Numbered from the stretch's first letter, positions 18,901 through 28,265 are shown. The stretch: 64,000 nucleotides of DNA from Bradymonadia bacterium (GCA_046290225.1 JBKAGE010000050.1:16383-80382), one strand, 5' to 3'. Notes: generated by a model from the sequence alone, not told the origin. Numbers and translations: made by a program.

Positions 18901-21900
18901 TCGCCGAGGAGCGGGAGAACTTCGACCCCGAGGGCAACGTCTACACCTTGCGCCGCGAGACGACCTACGAGCCCGTCTTCGGGCAGCCGCAAACCAGCAG
19001 CAACTGGTTCGTGGTGGGCGACGACGCGTCCCCCAGCGTCGCCGAGTATCGCTACGATGACTTCGGCCGTGTGCGAGCCGTCATCATGCCCGGCGACGAT
19101 GCCGCTACGCCGAGTGTGGAGTACGACTACGCCTACGAGGGATCCATCACCTCCATGAGCCGGCGCCAGCGCACCACGCTCAACGCCGCCGACACCGAGC
19201 GTCATCAGGTGCAGTGTTTCGACGCCGCCGGGCGGCTGTTCCAGGACCGGGTACGCCTCGGCGGCGATCGCTACCAGGTGTCGGATCATGTGGTCCTCAA
19301 CAGCAGCGGAGATGTCTGGCGGCGTTACGTGAACTATGAGGCCGACGGCGCTGGCTGCCAGCTCGAAGCTCCCGAGGGCACGCCCTACTTCGAGAACACC
19401 TTCGACGCCCTTGGGCGCCCACTGAGCACGACCTTGCCCGACGGTGAGCTCTTCGATGGCGCCAGCTCAGTGCGCACGATGACCTATCGGCCTCTCACCA
19501 AGGTGTTCACCGACGCCGAGGACAACGCAGGCGAGGCCTCGTCACCCACCGTTCGGTACTTCGATGGCGCGGGCCGCCTCGTGCGACAGACCTACATGCG
19601 CGCCGACGGCGAGGACGTAGACTACACCTATCGCTACGACAGCCTGGGCCGGGTGGTGCGGATCATCGACCCCGAGGGCAACGTACGTGAGCAGGCCTTC
19701 GACCTGCTCGGTCAGCTGCTCTGGTCCGAAGATGCTGATCGCGGCCGTACGCAGTACACCTACGACGAGGCGGGCCTCATCGCCGAGACGACCGACGGCG
19801 CGGGCCGGCGCGTGCGGCAGAGCCACGACCGCCTCAAGCGGCGCACCGCCATCTGGGATCCGGAGGATGAGGCAGGCACCAAAGCCAGCTTCCTCTACGA
19901 TCTCGGCGCTCAGTGTCCTGAGGGTTTCTGTACCCACCCCGCAGAGGCCCTCGTGGGGGTCAACTACATCGCCGGTGACCACACGGTGGAGCTCTGGTAC
20001 GGCCGCGACGCCCGCCGGCGCATCGAGCAGGTGCGCTGGGTCATCGATGGTGTGCCCGTCGACGCCTCGATCACCTATGACAACATCTCCCGGGTGATCT
20101 CGGAGACCTACCCCGGTGACATCACCCTCGATTACACCTACGACGTCGGGGATCGGGTGAGCAGCATCGCCGGCATCGTCGACGCCATGGCGTACAGCGA
20201 GCTGGGCCCTCTGACCTCGATTCAGTACGCCAACGGGGTGCAGGAGACCTTCGACCGCAACGTGCTCAGCCAGACCACTCGGCGCCTCGTAGAGGGCCCT
20301 GACGGGGCGCCGGTCCTCGATCTGGCTTACCAGTACAACCGCTCCGGCTTGATGGCGGAGATCATCGACCAGGCGCCGCCCCGTGCGGGTCCTGGCCGCT
20401 CGGCGCGCTTCACCTACGACGATCTCTACCGGCTCGTGGAGGCCGATCTGGACGCCGACCGGGCCGACTTCGCCGAGACCCTCAGCTACACCTACAGCGC
20501 CAACAGCAAGCTCACCAGCAAGTCGTCCTCTCGTGGGGCCTCCAGCAGCCTGCACCAGGGCGCGTACACCTACGGCGAGGGCGCTGGCCCCAACGCCCTC
20601 ACTCAGGCCGGTGAGCTCACCTTCGCCTACGACGCTGCGGGGCTGATGACCCGCCGAGGCGACACCGAGTACAGCTGGGATTACATGGGCCGCCTCGTCT
20701 CGGCGCAGCGCGATGGCGAGATTTTGGCGAAGTATGCCTACGCCCCCTCAGGGCAGCGGATCATCCGCGAGTCCGGCGCCCACCTCGCCTGGGAGCTGAC
20801 CCCGGCCTTCGAGATCGAAGATGGCATGCTGCTCGCCCATGTGCGTCACAACAGCAAGCGCGTCGCCACCATCGAGGTAGACACGCTGGCGACCTCGGTG
20901 TTGCCCAACCCCATGGACGACGGCGTCATCGACATCGCCGACGCTGTGCTCACCGCCGACAGCGACACCGACGCCATCGCCGAGCGCAGCCTGTCTTCGA
21001 GTGTGCGCCGCATGCTGCTCGACGGTGAGCAGCGGATCACCTGGTACCACGACGATCACACCCGCAGCACCGCGGCCATCACCGATGCTGATGGTCAGGT
21101 GGTGGAGCAGCGGTCATACGCCCCCTATGGCATGGCCCGACACACCGACAGCGGTCAGGAGACCAGCTACGGGTACACCGGACGCCACACAGATCGGGAC
21201 ATCGGCCTGACCTACATGGGCAGCCGCTACTATGACCCCGCCGTGGGCCGCTGGACGGCGCCCGATCCCGGGCTGATCGTGTTCTCTGAGGGCGATCTGG
21301 CCACCCCGATCCAGTTCACTGACAGCTACGGCTACACCCAGGGCAACCCGGTCAACCTCTACGACGCCGACGGCAACAACGCCGTGGGCGCCTTCGCCCT
21401 CGCCGGCGTGGGCCTGATCACCAACTTCCTCACCGCAGGCACGAGCAACATCGCTGGGGCCATCATCGGTGGGGTGACGGGCCTGGTGTCGAGCGTGACT
21501 CAGGAGGTGATGCGCTACAAGGTGGGCAAGGTGAAGCCAACTGTGTGGGCGGTGACGAAGTCCATCGGCACAGTCGTGTGGAGCACCTTCATCCACACCA
21601 TGGTGGGTGGCGCTCTCGGCGTGCCCTGGGCCCTGGCCGACACGGGCAGAGCTGCTGCGCAGACCTACATCAGCTATCGGAGCTACAAGACCTACAAAGA
21701 CGGTGCCCCCACCTCTTCGACGACGAAGTGGGAGGTGGCCAACGCCATCGTGGGCATCGCCAGCCCCAACCTGCTGAACTCCGCCACCGCAGTGCGCTCG
21801 GTGACCGCAGGCTTGAAGGGCGTCTACAACGCCGTGAGCATCGTCTACAAGGGGTGGAGGAGGCGCCGGGCGGAGCGGGCGGCGCGTAGGCGGTACGTCA

Positions 21901-22223
21901 TGGGGGCGCTCAAGGCCCAGAAGCCTGGAGCCCAGCGTCGGCGTTCCATCGGCGCCGTTGGCCACGCGAAGATGGGGGCGACTCTGCAGAAGAACCGTCG
22001 GGTGAGCGTCGGCGATGTGGCGAAAGACACCAAGAGTCTCGAAGCCATGAGGAGCAAGGGGTTCTTGAGGAGGATGGCCAAGGGCTCAAACTCAGGCTTC
22101 AACACTGCTCAAGTCGTTCAGCGCAAATACAGTGTTTCGTACTCGGAGAGCAGCGATAGCGGCGGCAACATCATCACTGACCTGAGGGGCATGAGCCAGG
22201 GCAGGCGACCGTCGAAGAAGTGA
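15921..22223 (+). CDS. SpvB/FG-GAP/YD-RHS repeat protein (TcB-TcC-like fusion) with signal peptide and C-terminal putative toxin domain
   Basis: Signal peptide ending ANA-Q; LGLSYSSSGGNGLVGMGWS (SpvB-like); repeated DxNGDxxxD FG-GAP motifs; KQFRGF; YD repeats; core YGYTG...YMGSRYYDP..GRWTAPDP; end motif NPVNLYDADG. Confidence 0.9.
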   Translation: MREWLKRSTRPLTLTIGMAALALGTANAQTGISDDRVSLPEGPGSFEGVGDNALAVGNTGDMSYGVPFVVAPGYATATPSLGLSYSSSGGNGLVGMGWSMGLPHIERMTSKRLPDYTEDDTFIFGGTELVRISDGEPAEYRARFEGSFTRYFWHQRDVEGGGYWRVLLPDGGVAWYGADAAGQIDYDSRFEGAAGVFRWHLVEQQDKFDHPIRYQYTVLDARPYLSRVDYLFDTSGNANAHIELDYEARADLVSDARSGINEIMSSRLTSVRAYSGEAQFRRYDLTYEDYPESGGVSRLAGVEQMGLNGTPFETTVSFEYSAPLTVGDAVIVDMGQVGASPITGDATLVDLNGDALPDMVDTSQPGAHRIYLNTLQSDGTHQFGAAIESARGARAGHQLSSPYVQMLDIDGDGRADLVNVQTGQVLLNKGGAAGSDWSALLDLNAVDALPNFGADGEIGGDELSSIRFFDYDNDRRIDVIRSTDVSTEIFANIGDGFEQVQGIEALGYGFETSRLELSDITGDGLLDATVVAAGSLSYRVNLGHGRWSAERTIIDLPYTQEQLDDVELEDINGDSLDDIVIVRSGQIQFALNRGGYRFDAFETVNTAGGQALPEVLDNTSVLFADMNGSGSDDVVYIAADGGVQYVELFPQRPHLLTHITNSHGVTQRIQYTTAAEALAEDDTEWAYALPFPMLMVSRIDVSDTVTPVVETTTYNYRDAYYDADEKQFRGFAYMTSREIGDASQPDTVRIDTYDLGQADSYYNGLQLTSATYSGDDLERPMATVTYAYTDCAIGDAPANTTPPIRFVCKIAEETTVQEGGPASEAVTMRTELQYGDFGELIAETSLGVVSVGGSGCGVCPDDGLFGTPCGAQCLGDERYAERAFIAPTDIEGGRWIVGLPTHQRERGVANSDVYAETRFYYDGDGFEGLPAGSATLGLMARSEALVSADSAVTMSMLRYDAHGNVVEALDADAPGDAAGYRARTVYDDLGLLIVAEERENFDPEGNVYTLRRETTYEPVFGQPQTSSNWFVVGDDASPSVAEYRYDDFGRVRAVIMPGDDAATPSVEYDYAYEGSITSMSRRQRTTLNAADTERHQVQCFDAAGRLFQDRVRLGGDRYQVSDHVVLNSSGDVWRRYVNYEADGAGCQLEAPEGTPYFENTFDALGRPLSTTLPDGELFDGASSVRTMTYRPLTKVFTDAEDNAGEASSPTVRYFDGAGRLVRQTYMRADGEDVDYTYRYDSLGRVVRIIDPEGNVREQAFDLLGQLLWSEDADRGRTQYTYDEAGLIAETTDGAGRRVRQSHDRLKRRTAIWDPEDEAGTKASFLYDLGAQCPEGFCTHPAEALVGVNYIAGDHTVELWYGRDARRRIEQVRWVIDGVPVDASITYDNISRVISETYPGDITLDYTYDVGDRVSSIAGIVDAMAYSELGPLTSIQYANGVQETFDRNVLSQTTRRLVEGPDGAPVLDLAYQYNRSGLMAEIIDQAPPRAGPGRSARFTYDDLYRLVEADLDADRADFAETLSYTYSANSKLTSKSSSRGASSSLHQGAYTYGEGAGPNALTQAGELTFAYDAAGLMTRRGDTEYSWDYMGRLVSAQRDGEILAKYAYAPSGQRIIRESGAHLAWELTPAFEIEDGMLLAHVRHNSKRVATIEVDTLATSVLPNPMDDGVIDIADAVLTADSDTDAIAERSLSSSVRRMLLDGEQRITWYHDDHTRSTAAITDADGQVVEQRSYAPYGMARHTDSGQETSYGYTGRHTDRDIGLTYMGSRYYDPAVGRWTAPDPGLIVFSEGDLATPIQFTDSYGYTQGNPVNLYDADGNNAVGAFALAGVGLITNFLTAGTSNIAGAIIGGVTGLVSSVTQEVMRYKVGKVKPTVWAVTKSIGTVVWSTFIHTMVGGALGVPWALADTGRAAAQTYISYRSYKTYKDGAPTSSTTKWEVANAIVGIASPNLLNSATAVRSVTAGLKGVYNAVSIVYKGWRRRRAERAARRRYVMGALKAQKPGAQRRRSIGAVGHAKMGATLQKNRRVSVGDVAKDTKSLEAMRSKGFLRRMAKGSNSGFNTAQVVQRKYSVSYSESSDSGGNIITDLRGMSQGRRPSKK

Positions 22224-22242
22224 GCCATGCTACGCTGACCTC

Positions 22243-23799
22243 ATGCGTGACTGGCACGAGGGCCCTCTGGCCCGGCGAACACCCCCCAGCGGTCCACTGG
22301 CCCTCCGCGGCCGCAACCCCATCCATCTGACCTTTCAGTCACTGCTCACCGTCTCCATTCTGAGCACCCTTCTCGGAGGCATGGCCGGGGCAAGCGTGCT
22401 GCCCTGGGTGGGCCTCGGCGGCCTGTTCACCGGCGTCGTGGGCTGGATGCTCGCCGAGCCTGTATCCTGGCGGGTGCTCAAGCGCCGCACGCGCCGACGG
22501 CTCGCCGAGGAGATGAAGCAACGCGGCTACACTCGCCTGAGCGGCAATCGCTGGGGTGATCCTGATGGTCGCTCCTCGCTGACATGGAAGCCCATCAGCC
22601 TCGACACCACCGAGGAGGTCGCCGTGGATCTGGTGGTGCACCGTGCCGGAGAGCTGCCCATCTCGTTGATCTTCGAAGCAGAGCAGGTGGCCCCCTCGGA
22701 GATGGAGGTTGGCCCCTTCAAAGGGCCGGTGGTCTTTGAAACGGGTGACGCCCAGTTCGACGGGCTCTACACATGCCGGGGGGATGACATCGCGCTGCGC
22801 AGCGTGCTCACCAGCTCGATTCGGCGCGCCATGGAGGCCGTCCGTGATCCGCTGACCATCAATCATGGTTGTTTGACCGTGCGGGTAGACGGCAGTCCCA
22901 TCGTGGCTGGAGATCCCTTCGAGCGTCTCGAGCCGCTTCGGAAGCTCGCCCGAGACCTCAGCGCCGTCGAAGAGCCGGGCCCGGCACAGCTCGCCGCCAA
23001 TCTTGAGCAAGAGCAGGCGCCTGTGGCTCGGGCGCTGCTGCTCAAGTCGCTCAAAGCGGTGTCTCCAGAGGGCTTCGAAGTCGGCCACTACACCTCCGAG
23101 CCATGGTGTGAGCTGGCGCTCTCCATGAGCCACCCCGAAACTGAGGGGCGGTTGAGTGGCCTCGAGCGTTTTGTGCAGACCCGCCGTGAGGCTGCGTCGC
23201 TCGATTACGTACCTCGACTGTTCTGGCTGGCCTTCGACGGGGCGATGCACCCCAGAGATGCGCTCGCCGAGCGCCAGGCGTCATTGCTGGAGCGGTTGCT
23301 CACCATCCCCGATCTACGCGTTGAGGTTGTGCTGCGGTTGTGCGCTATGCGGCCTCACTACGATGCCCTGCTTCGGGAAGCGCTGCTCCATGGCAGTGTG
23401 GCGGTGACCTGCCTCACGGCCACGCCTCACAAGGGCATACCCGAGCTGATCGCCACGGCGCCACGTGAGCGTGCGGAGCCGGTGCTGTTCCGGTTGCTGC
23501 AGGTGGAGCAGGGTACAGTGCGGGCCGAGGCCGTCCTTGCCCTGGGCAGCATCGGAGACGACAAGACGCTGCGCCGTCTGGAGCGGGAGATCGAAGGCAA
23601 CTACACCGCTGGCTTCGATCTGCGTCAGGCCCTTGATGTGGCGCGCAAGCGCATCAGAGCCTCCGCAGCGCAGGCAAAACGCGAAGCTGCCTCTGCTCAG
23701 GGGGGCATGCTCACGATCGTCGAGCCTGTAGAGGAGACAGGTGGGGGCTTGACCTTGAGTGCCCCTGATGGTGCTCTGAGCGCCGACGAGGGGGATTGA
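22243..23799 (+). CDS. Membrane protein with C-terminal HEAT-like repeat, paralogue 1
   Basis: Two N-terminal TM helices; FETGDAQFD motif; VRAEAVLALGSIGD; tail GGLTLSAPDGALS. Confidence 0.75.
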   Translation: MRDWHEGPLARRTPPSGPLALRGRNPIHLTFQSLLTVSILSTLLGGMAGASVLPWVGLGGLFTGVVGWMLAEPVSWRVLKRRTRRRLAEEMKQRGYTRLSGNRWGDPDGRSSLTWKPISLDTTEEVAVDLVVHRAGELPISLIFEAEQVAPSEMEVGPFKGPVVFETGDAQFDGLYTCRGDDIALRSVLTSSIRRAMEAVRDPLTINHGCLTVRVDGSPIVAGDPFERLEPLRKLARDLSAVEEPGPAQLAANLEQEQAPVARALLLKSLKAVSPEGFEVGHYTSEPWCELALSMSHPETEGRLSGLERFVQTRREAASLDYVPRLFWLAFDGAMHPRDALAERQASLLERLLTIPDLRVEVVLRLCAMRPHYDALLREALLHGSVAVTCLTATPHKGIPELIATAPRERAEPVLFRLLQVEQGTVRAEAVLALGSIGDDKTLRRLEREIEGNYTAGFDLRQALDVARKRIRASAAQAKREAASAQGGMLTIVEPVEETGGGLTLSAPDGALSADEGD

Positions 23800-23852
23800 G
23801 CGAGGGGCATCGTGCTGCCACATAGGAGCAAATCCAGGTCGACGGAGGTGTC

Positions 23853-25055
23853 ATGAGTTATGGCCATGACAGCGCTCGACTTTGGTATGCGCTCAAGGGT
23901 CAGCTTGTGGTCCCTCGGGTATCCATTGGAAACCTGGTCATCCTGTCGTTCATCGGGGCGTACGATGTGATGACAGATTCTCAGTGGTTGGCGTGGGGCA
24001 CCATCGGCCTATGTCTATGCGTTGTGGCCGACCAAATCATACAGAAGGCGAGGTGGTGGCAGATCGAGCGCCGTACGCGCCATCAACTACATCAACTTCT
24101 GTCAACTCAAGGCCTCGTCGCCCTCGACGCACTGCGTTGGCAAGAGCCATCAGGTGACTTCGTTCTGAGTTGGTCGTGGCGGTCGCAATTTGATGACGAA
24201 AGGGCCGTGAGGCATATGCTGTCATCGCGAGCATTCCCCTTGAAGCTGAGGATCGAGTTTCCTGAAGTGACCTTCGAGATGGTGCAGGTTGACATGCGAC
24301 CCACATCACCAGATGTCGAGACGGGAGATCGCAGCTTCGACAGCAAGTATCGCGCTTCTGGAGACGTACACACCATCAGAGCCATGCTCACTGAACACGT
24401 GCGTCACCTCATTCTGTCAAGCAAGTATCAGATCGAGATAGACAAAGGGTGTCTCATCGGATGGACGATACACAGACCCGACAAATGTCTTGAGCACATC
24501 TCGGAGCTGAGAGCACTCGCGCATGCGTTGAAGGGGCAAAGGCGATGGATTCCCACACTGATCGAATACACTTTTCATGCTGAAACCCACCCAGGCGCGC
24601 GAAGTCTGCAGCTGTTGAGTTGGCTCGAGATGGTGGGTCCCGATGTTGTCGACGTGGACGCATACCGTGATGAGCCGTGGTGTGCACTGGCTCTGTCTGC
24701 GCGCACCGGCGACCTCAACGCTCGCCTGGACGCCATCGAGGGCATCATGGACAACCTCTCCGATGAAGCGCTGTTACCCCAGAACAGACCCTTGTTCCTG
24801 GCGCGAGCGCTCGAAGATGCCATGAGGCCAGCAGCATCACCGTCCTGTCGCGCTCGGCAACGCATCGTGCTTCAGCGCCTGCTTGAGCATCCTCGGTTCG
24901 TATGGACGGCGACACGGCTGCTCCGCAGGTTGCGTGAGCAATATGATGGGTGGCCAGCAGAATGAGAGGGCTCGCTCACGCCACATCGCTAGACACACAA
25001 GTGACTTGACCCGAAGCAGCCCTGATGGTGCCCTGAGCGTCGAACAGGGGCTTCA
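23853..25055 (+). pseudogene. Truncated, diverged paralogue 2 (ORF 23853-24965 plus out-of-frame 3' relic)
   Basis: Shares ETGDRSFD and EPWCALALS with the flanking paralogues but stops ~150 aa early; 25006-25055 matches the 3' end of paralogue 1 in another frame (PDGALS). Confidence 0.65.
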
Positions 25056-26600
25056 ATGCACGACTGGAATAGACAAGGCCTGTCCACCGTGATGGGCAGC
25101 AATCCGATTCATCGCGTTTTCAAGATTTGCCTGTGCACCTGCGCGCTCTTGATCATTTTAGGCCTGACGGCTGGTGGCCTGTTGTTGAGACAGATCGCCG
25201 GAGGTGGGCTTGTTTTGTGCGTCATCGGGTGGTTTGCCGCCGAGCCTGTCTCGTTGCGGATCCTCCGTCGCCGAACAGGAGAGCGTCTCGGAGCAGAGCT
25301 CGCCGAACGTGGATACACAGATCTGCAGCTCGGGCGATGGCAGCCGCCCTCCGCTGATTACATCCTGCGGTGGGCACCGATTTCGCTCAAAGAGACGGAA
25401 GAGGTGGCGGTCGATCTGGTGTGCAGCCCACGAGGCGAGCTGCCCATCACTCTGTTGTTCGAGGCCAGGGATGTGGCCCCTCGGGGGGTGGAAATACTGA
25501 CCGGCCTGCACGCTGGGGCCTTCGAGACCGGAGATGCGCTCTTTGACCAGCACTTCACCGCTCGGGGCGACGAGCACACCCTGCGGGCGTTGTTGAGCGA
25601 GCGTATCCGCAAGATCATGTTGGAGGTGGCCGACGCCTTCACTCTCAAAAATGGCGTGCTCACCGCCGAGGTGCACGGCAGCCCGCTCAGAAAGGGGCAG
25701 CCCATCGATCGGATCGGGCCCCTGCACCTCGTCGCCAATGCGCTGCGGCGGGCCCAGCGCCTCGAGGTGGCGCCGTTGCTCCACAAGACCCTCGAGGCCG
25801 AGGGGCACCCCGTCGCCCGAGCCCTGCAGCTTCGAAGCCAGCAGTCGATGTCTGGTGGCGCAGAGCACCCGATGGTGTCACCGCACGAGGCGCCTTGGAG
25901 CGTGCTGGCGTTGTCCACCCTGTTGCCCGGCATCGAGCAGAGGCTCGAGGCCATCCTCGCCGTGATGGAGTACGTGCCCGAAGATGCTTTGAGCGAGGCG
26001 CTGCCGAAGCTGTTCTGGTCAGCGTTCGATGGTGCCATGGCGCCGAGTGAGTCGGCGGAGACGCGTACGCAGCAGCACGCTGTGGTGGAGCACCTGCTCG
26101 AATATGGCGCCACGCGCTTGGGGGTGGTCCGCAAGCTCTTCGGGCTGCGACCCCACTATGACGCGCTTCTCCGAGACGCCCTTCTCCTGGAGGGGGTCGC
26201 CAGCCGTGCTCTCAGCGAGCGGCCACCCCGAGGCATCCCTGATTTGATCGCTACGGCGCCGCGGTCACAGGCAGAGCGGGTGCTCTTCCAGCTCTTGGAG
26301 GTCGAGCAGGGGGCTGTGCGGTCGGAGGCCACCATCGCCTTGGGTTCGATCGGCGATCAAGAGACGCTGCGCAAGCTGGAGCACATGATCGAGATGCACC
26401 CCACCGCAGGCCTCGACCTGCGGCAGGCCCTCGATCTCGCCCGGAAGCGCGTCGCTGGGCGGGAGGTGAAGGCCAGACGGGTACAGCGCGAGGCCGCCAC
26501 GGGTCAGGAGGGCAGGCTGACCATCGTGGAGCCGGCCAGCGAGGGCAAACTCAGTCTGAGCGCACCCGACGGCGCTCTGAGCCGTGAAGAGGACGCCTGA
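25056..26600 (+). CDS. Membrane protein with C-terminal HEAT-like repeat, paralogue 3
   Basis: Collinear with 22243-23799 (PISL..TEEVAVDLV, RPHYDALLR, ALGSIGD, LSAPDGALS). Confidence 0.75.
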   Translation: MHDWNRQGLSTVMGSNPIHRVFKICLCTCALLIILGLTAGGLLLRQIAGGGLVLCVIGWFAAEPVSLRILRRRTGERLGAELAERGYTDLQLGRWQPPSADYILRWAPISLKETEEVAVDLVCSPRGELPITLLFEARDVAPRGVEILTGLHAGAFETGDALFDQHFTARGDEHTLRALLSERIRKIMLEVADAFTLKNGVLTAEVHGSPLRKGQPIDRIGPLHLVANALRRAQRLEVAPLLHKTLEAEGHPVARALQLRSQQSMSGGAEHPMVSPHEAPWSVLALSTLLPGIEQRLEAILAVMEYVPEDALSEALPKLFWSAFDGAMAPSESAETRTQQHAVVEHLLEYGATRLGVVRKLFGLRPHYDALLRDALLLEGVASRALSERPPRGIPDLIATAPRSQAERVLFQLLEVEQGAVRSEATIALGSIGDQETLRKLEHMIEMHPTAGLDLRQALDLARKRVAGREVKARRVQREAATGQEGRLTIVEPASEGKLSLSAPDGALSREEDA

Positions 26601-26714
26601 TCGAGGTCATATCGCATTCAAAATGCGGGCATCGCCGGAAAATGTCGCATCACCTTGCACTCACCAGACACTCTGCCCGTTTACCCAAGCGAGCGAATCG
26701 AAGGAGCGAGCACC

Positions 26715-27338
26715 ATGAGCCGATGGTCGGCGGTGATGATGAGCGCAGCGATCTCCCTGGGGATGATGGCCTGCAACAGCGGCAGCAGCGGTGGTGGAGG
26801 CAGCAGCACACCAGATGGCGGCGCTGGCGGATCTCCCGATGCTGGCGGCTGTGAGCCCGGCACTCAGGGGTGTGCCTGCAACATGAACACGTGCGCCAGC
26901 GGACTGCAGTGCGTCTCCGAGGTGTGCGTGCCCGCCAACTGCAGCCCGGGCACCCTCGATTGTGTCTGTGCCGATGGCAACACCTGCGAGGGGGCGCTCT
27001 CCTGTGAAGGGGGCGTGTGCCAGATGGCCGAGATCCCCGCCGACGCACTGCAGGTCCAGGGCAACAACGTCCGGGGCTGCGACGTGATGTTCACCGAGGG
27101 CGACACCAAGGTGGCCGAGGTGCGCTTCAACGACGGTGTTGTGGGCCAGTTCCTGCGGCGCGATGGCAAGGTGGCGCTGTCTTTCATGGGCGCCAATGGG
27201 GGCACCCTATCCAACGTGGGCGCCATCGTCCTCGAGGGGGGTCAGGTGGCGACGAGCAGCGATCTGCAGCCTTCGCAGATGAAGTGCGTTGGCGCCGACG
27301 GCCAGCCTGTCGATGGCGCCATGGTTGTGCTTCAGTAA
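26715..27338 (+). CDS. Cys-rich lipoprotein
   Basis: AAGGAG RBS, lipobox MMAC, Gly/Ser linker, two CxPGTxxCxC repeats. Confidence 0.7.
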   Translation: MSRWSAVMMSAAISLGMMACNSGSSGGGGSSTPDGGAGGSPDAGGCEPGTQGCACNMNTCASGLQCVSEVCVPANCSPGTLDCVCADGNTCEGALSCEGGVCQMAEIPADALQVQGNNVRGCDVMFTEGDTKVAEVRFNDGVVGQFLRRDGKVALSFMGANGGTLSNVGAIVLEGGQVATSSDLQPSQMKCVGADGQPVDGAMVVLQ

Positions 27339-27345
27339 GCGGGCG

Positions 27346-27849
27346 CTACTCTTCGCCCTCCCAGTATCCGACGTACTCGTCGGCCTTCATGAACCCAAAG
27401 ATGTATCGATCTTCATCTTGACCGCCAGGGGCCGCACCCCCGAAGACCCCGATCTTCTTGGAGTCCGGGTAGCCGCAGATGTCAGTGGCGTGCATCGTGG
27501 AGATGCACAGGTACTTTAGAGGCTCGTCGCCGGTGTTGATCATCTGATGGGCGTGCTCGGGGCCCGTGAGGCAGGCCACATAGTCGCCTGGGCCCACCTC
27601 GATGGCCTCGTCGCCGATGCGCGCTACGCCTCGCCCGGAGAGCACATAGATGCCTTCCTCGTTGGCTGCGTGCCAGTGCCGGGGCCAGGAGCGCTTCCCT
27701 GGTGGTAATTCCACGTGACTCACCCCGAGCTGTGACGCCCCTGCTGCGAGGGCGAGCCGGGTTTGCTTGAAGTGGTGTTTGCCCCGACGTGAGATCTCTC
27801 TGGGGGTGTGCTCGAGAGAGGCGATGTGAGGGTGCTTGCGTGCTGTCAT
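27346..27849 (-). CDS. Cupin domain protein
   Basis: LPPGKRSWPRHWHAANEEGIYVLSG and AHQMINTG cupin motifs. Confidence 0.88.
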   Translation of the reverse strand: MTARKHPHIASLEHTPREISRRGKHHFKQTRLALAAGASQLGVSHVELPPGKRSWPRHWHAANEEGIYVLSGRGVARIGDEAIEVGPGDYVACLTGPEHAHQMINTGDEPLKYLCISTMHATDICGYPDSKKIGVFGGAAPGGQDEDRYIFGFMKADEYVGYWEGEE

Positions 27850-28265
27850 GGCTTCCTCCCGTATGCGATGAAGACCCGGTGAGGGATCTGAAAGGGCCCG
27901 TCGCCAAGTGTGGCGAGCAGCGCTGAGAGATCAGCGTCGAAGGCGGCGATGAGATCGAAGTGCGCGTCGGGCAGTCCGGTCTCTTCCCCACGGGCGCATC
28001 GAAAGTCCACGCTCAGCCCTGCCGCCTCTGCTCGGGCGCGGCCCTGAGCGAGCTGTCCTTCAGCAGGATCTATCGCGGTGACCTGAGCGCCGCGGGCGGC
28101 AAGTGGCAATGCCACTGCTCCAGTGCCCGTGCCCACGTCGAGCACACGCTGCCCCGGTCTCTGAAGGCCCCGCTCAGTGAGCCGAACGAAGAAGCGATCG
28201 GGGAACCCTGCCCGGTGGCGGGCATAGTCTGTCGAGGTCTTCGACCAGTCTACAGTGTTGCTCAT
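27846..28265 (-). pseudogene. Class I SAM methyltransferase, apparently with an internal in-frame deletion
   Basis: VLDVGTGTG motif I; only ~139 aa; FDLI runs straight into a C-terminal-type segment AAFDADL...PHRVF. Confidence 0.55.
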
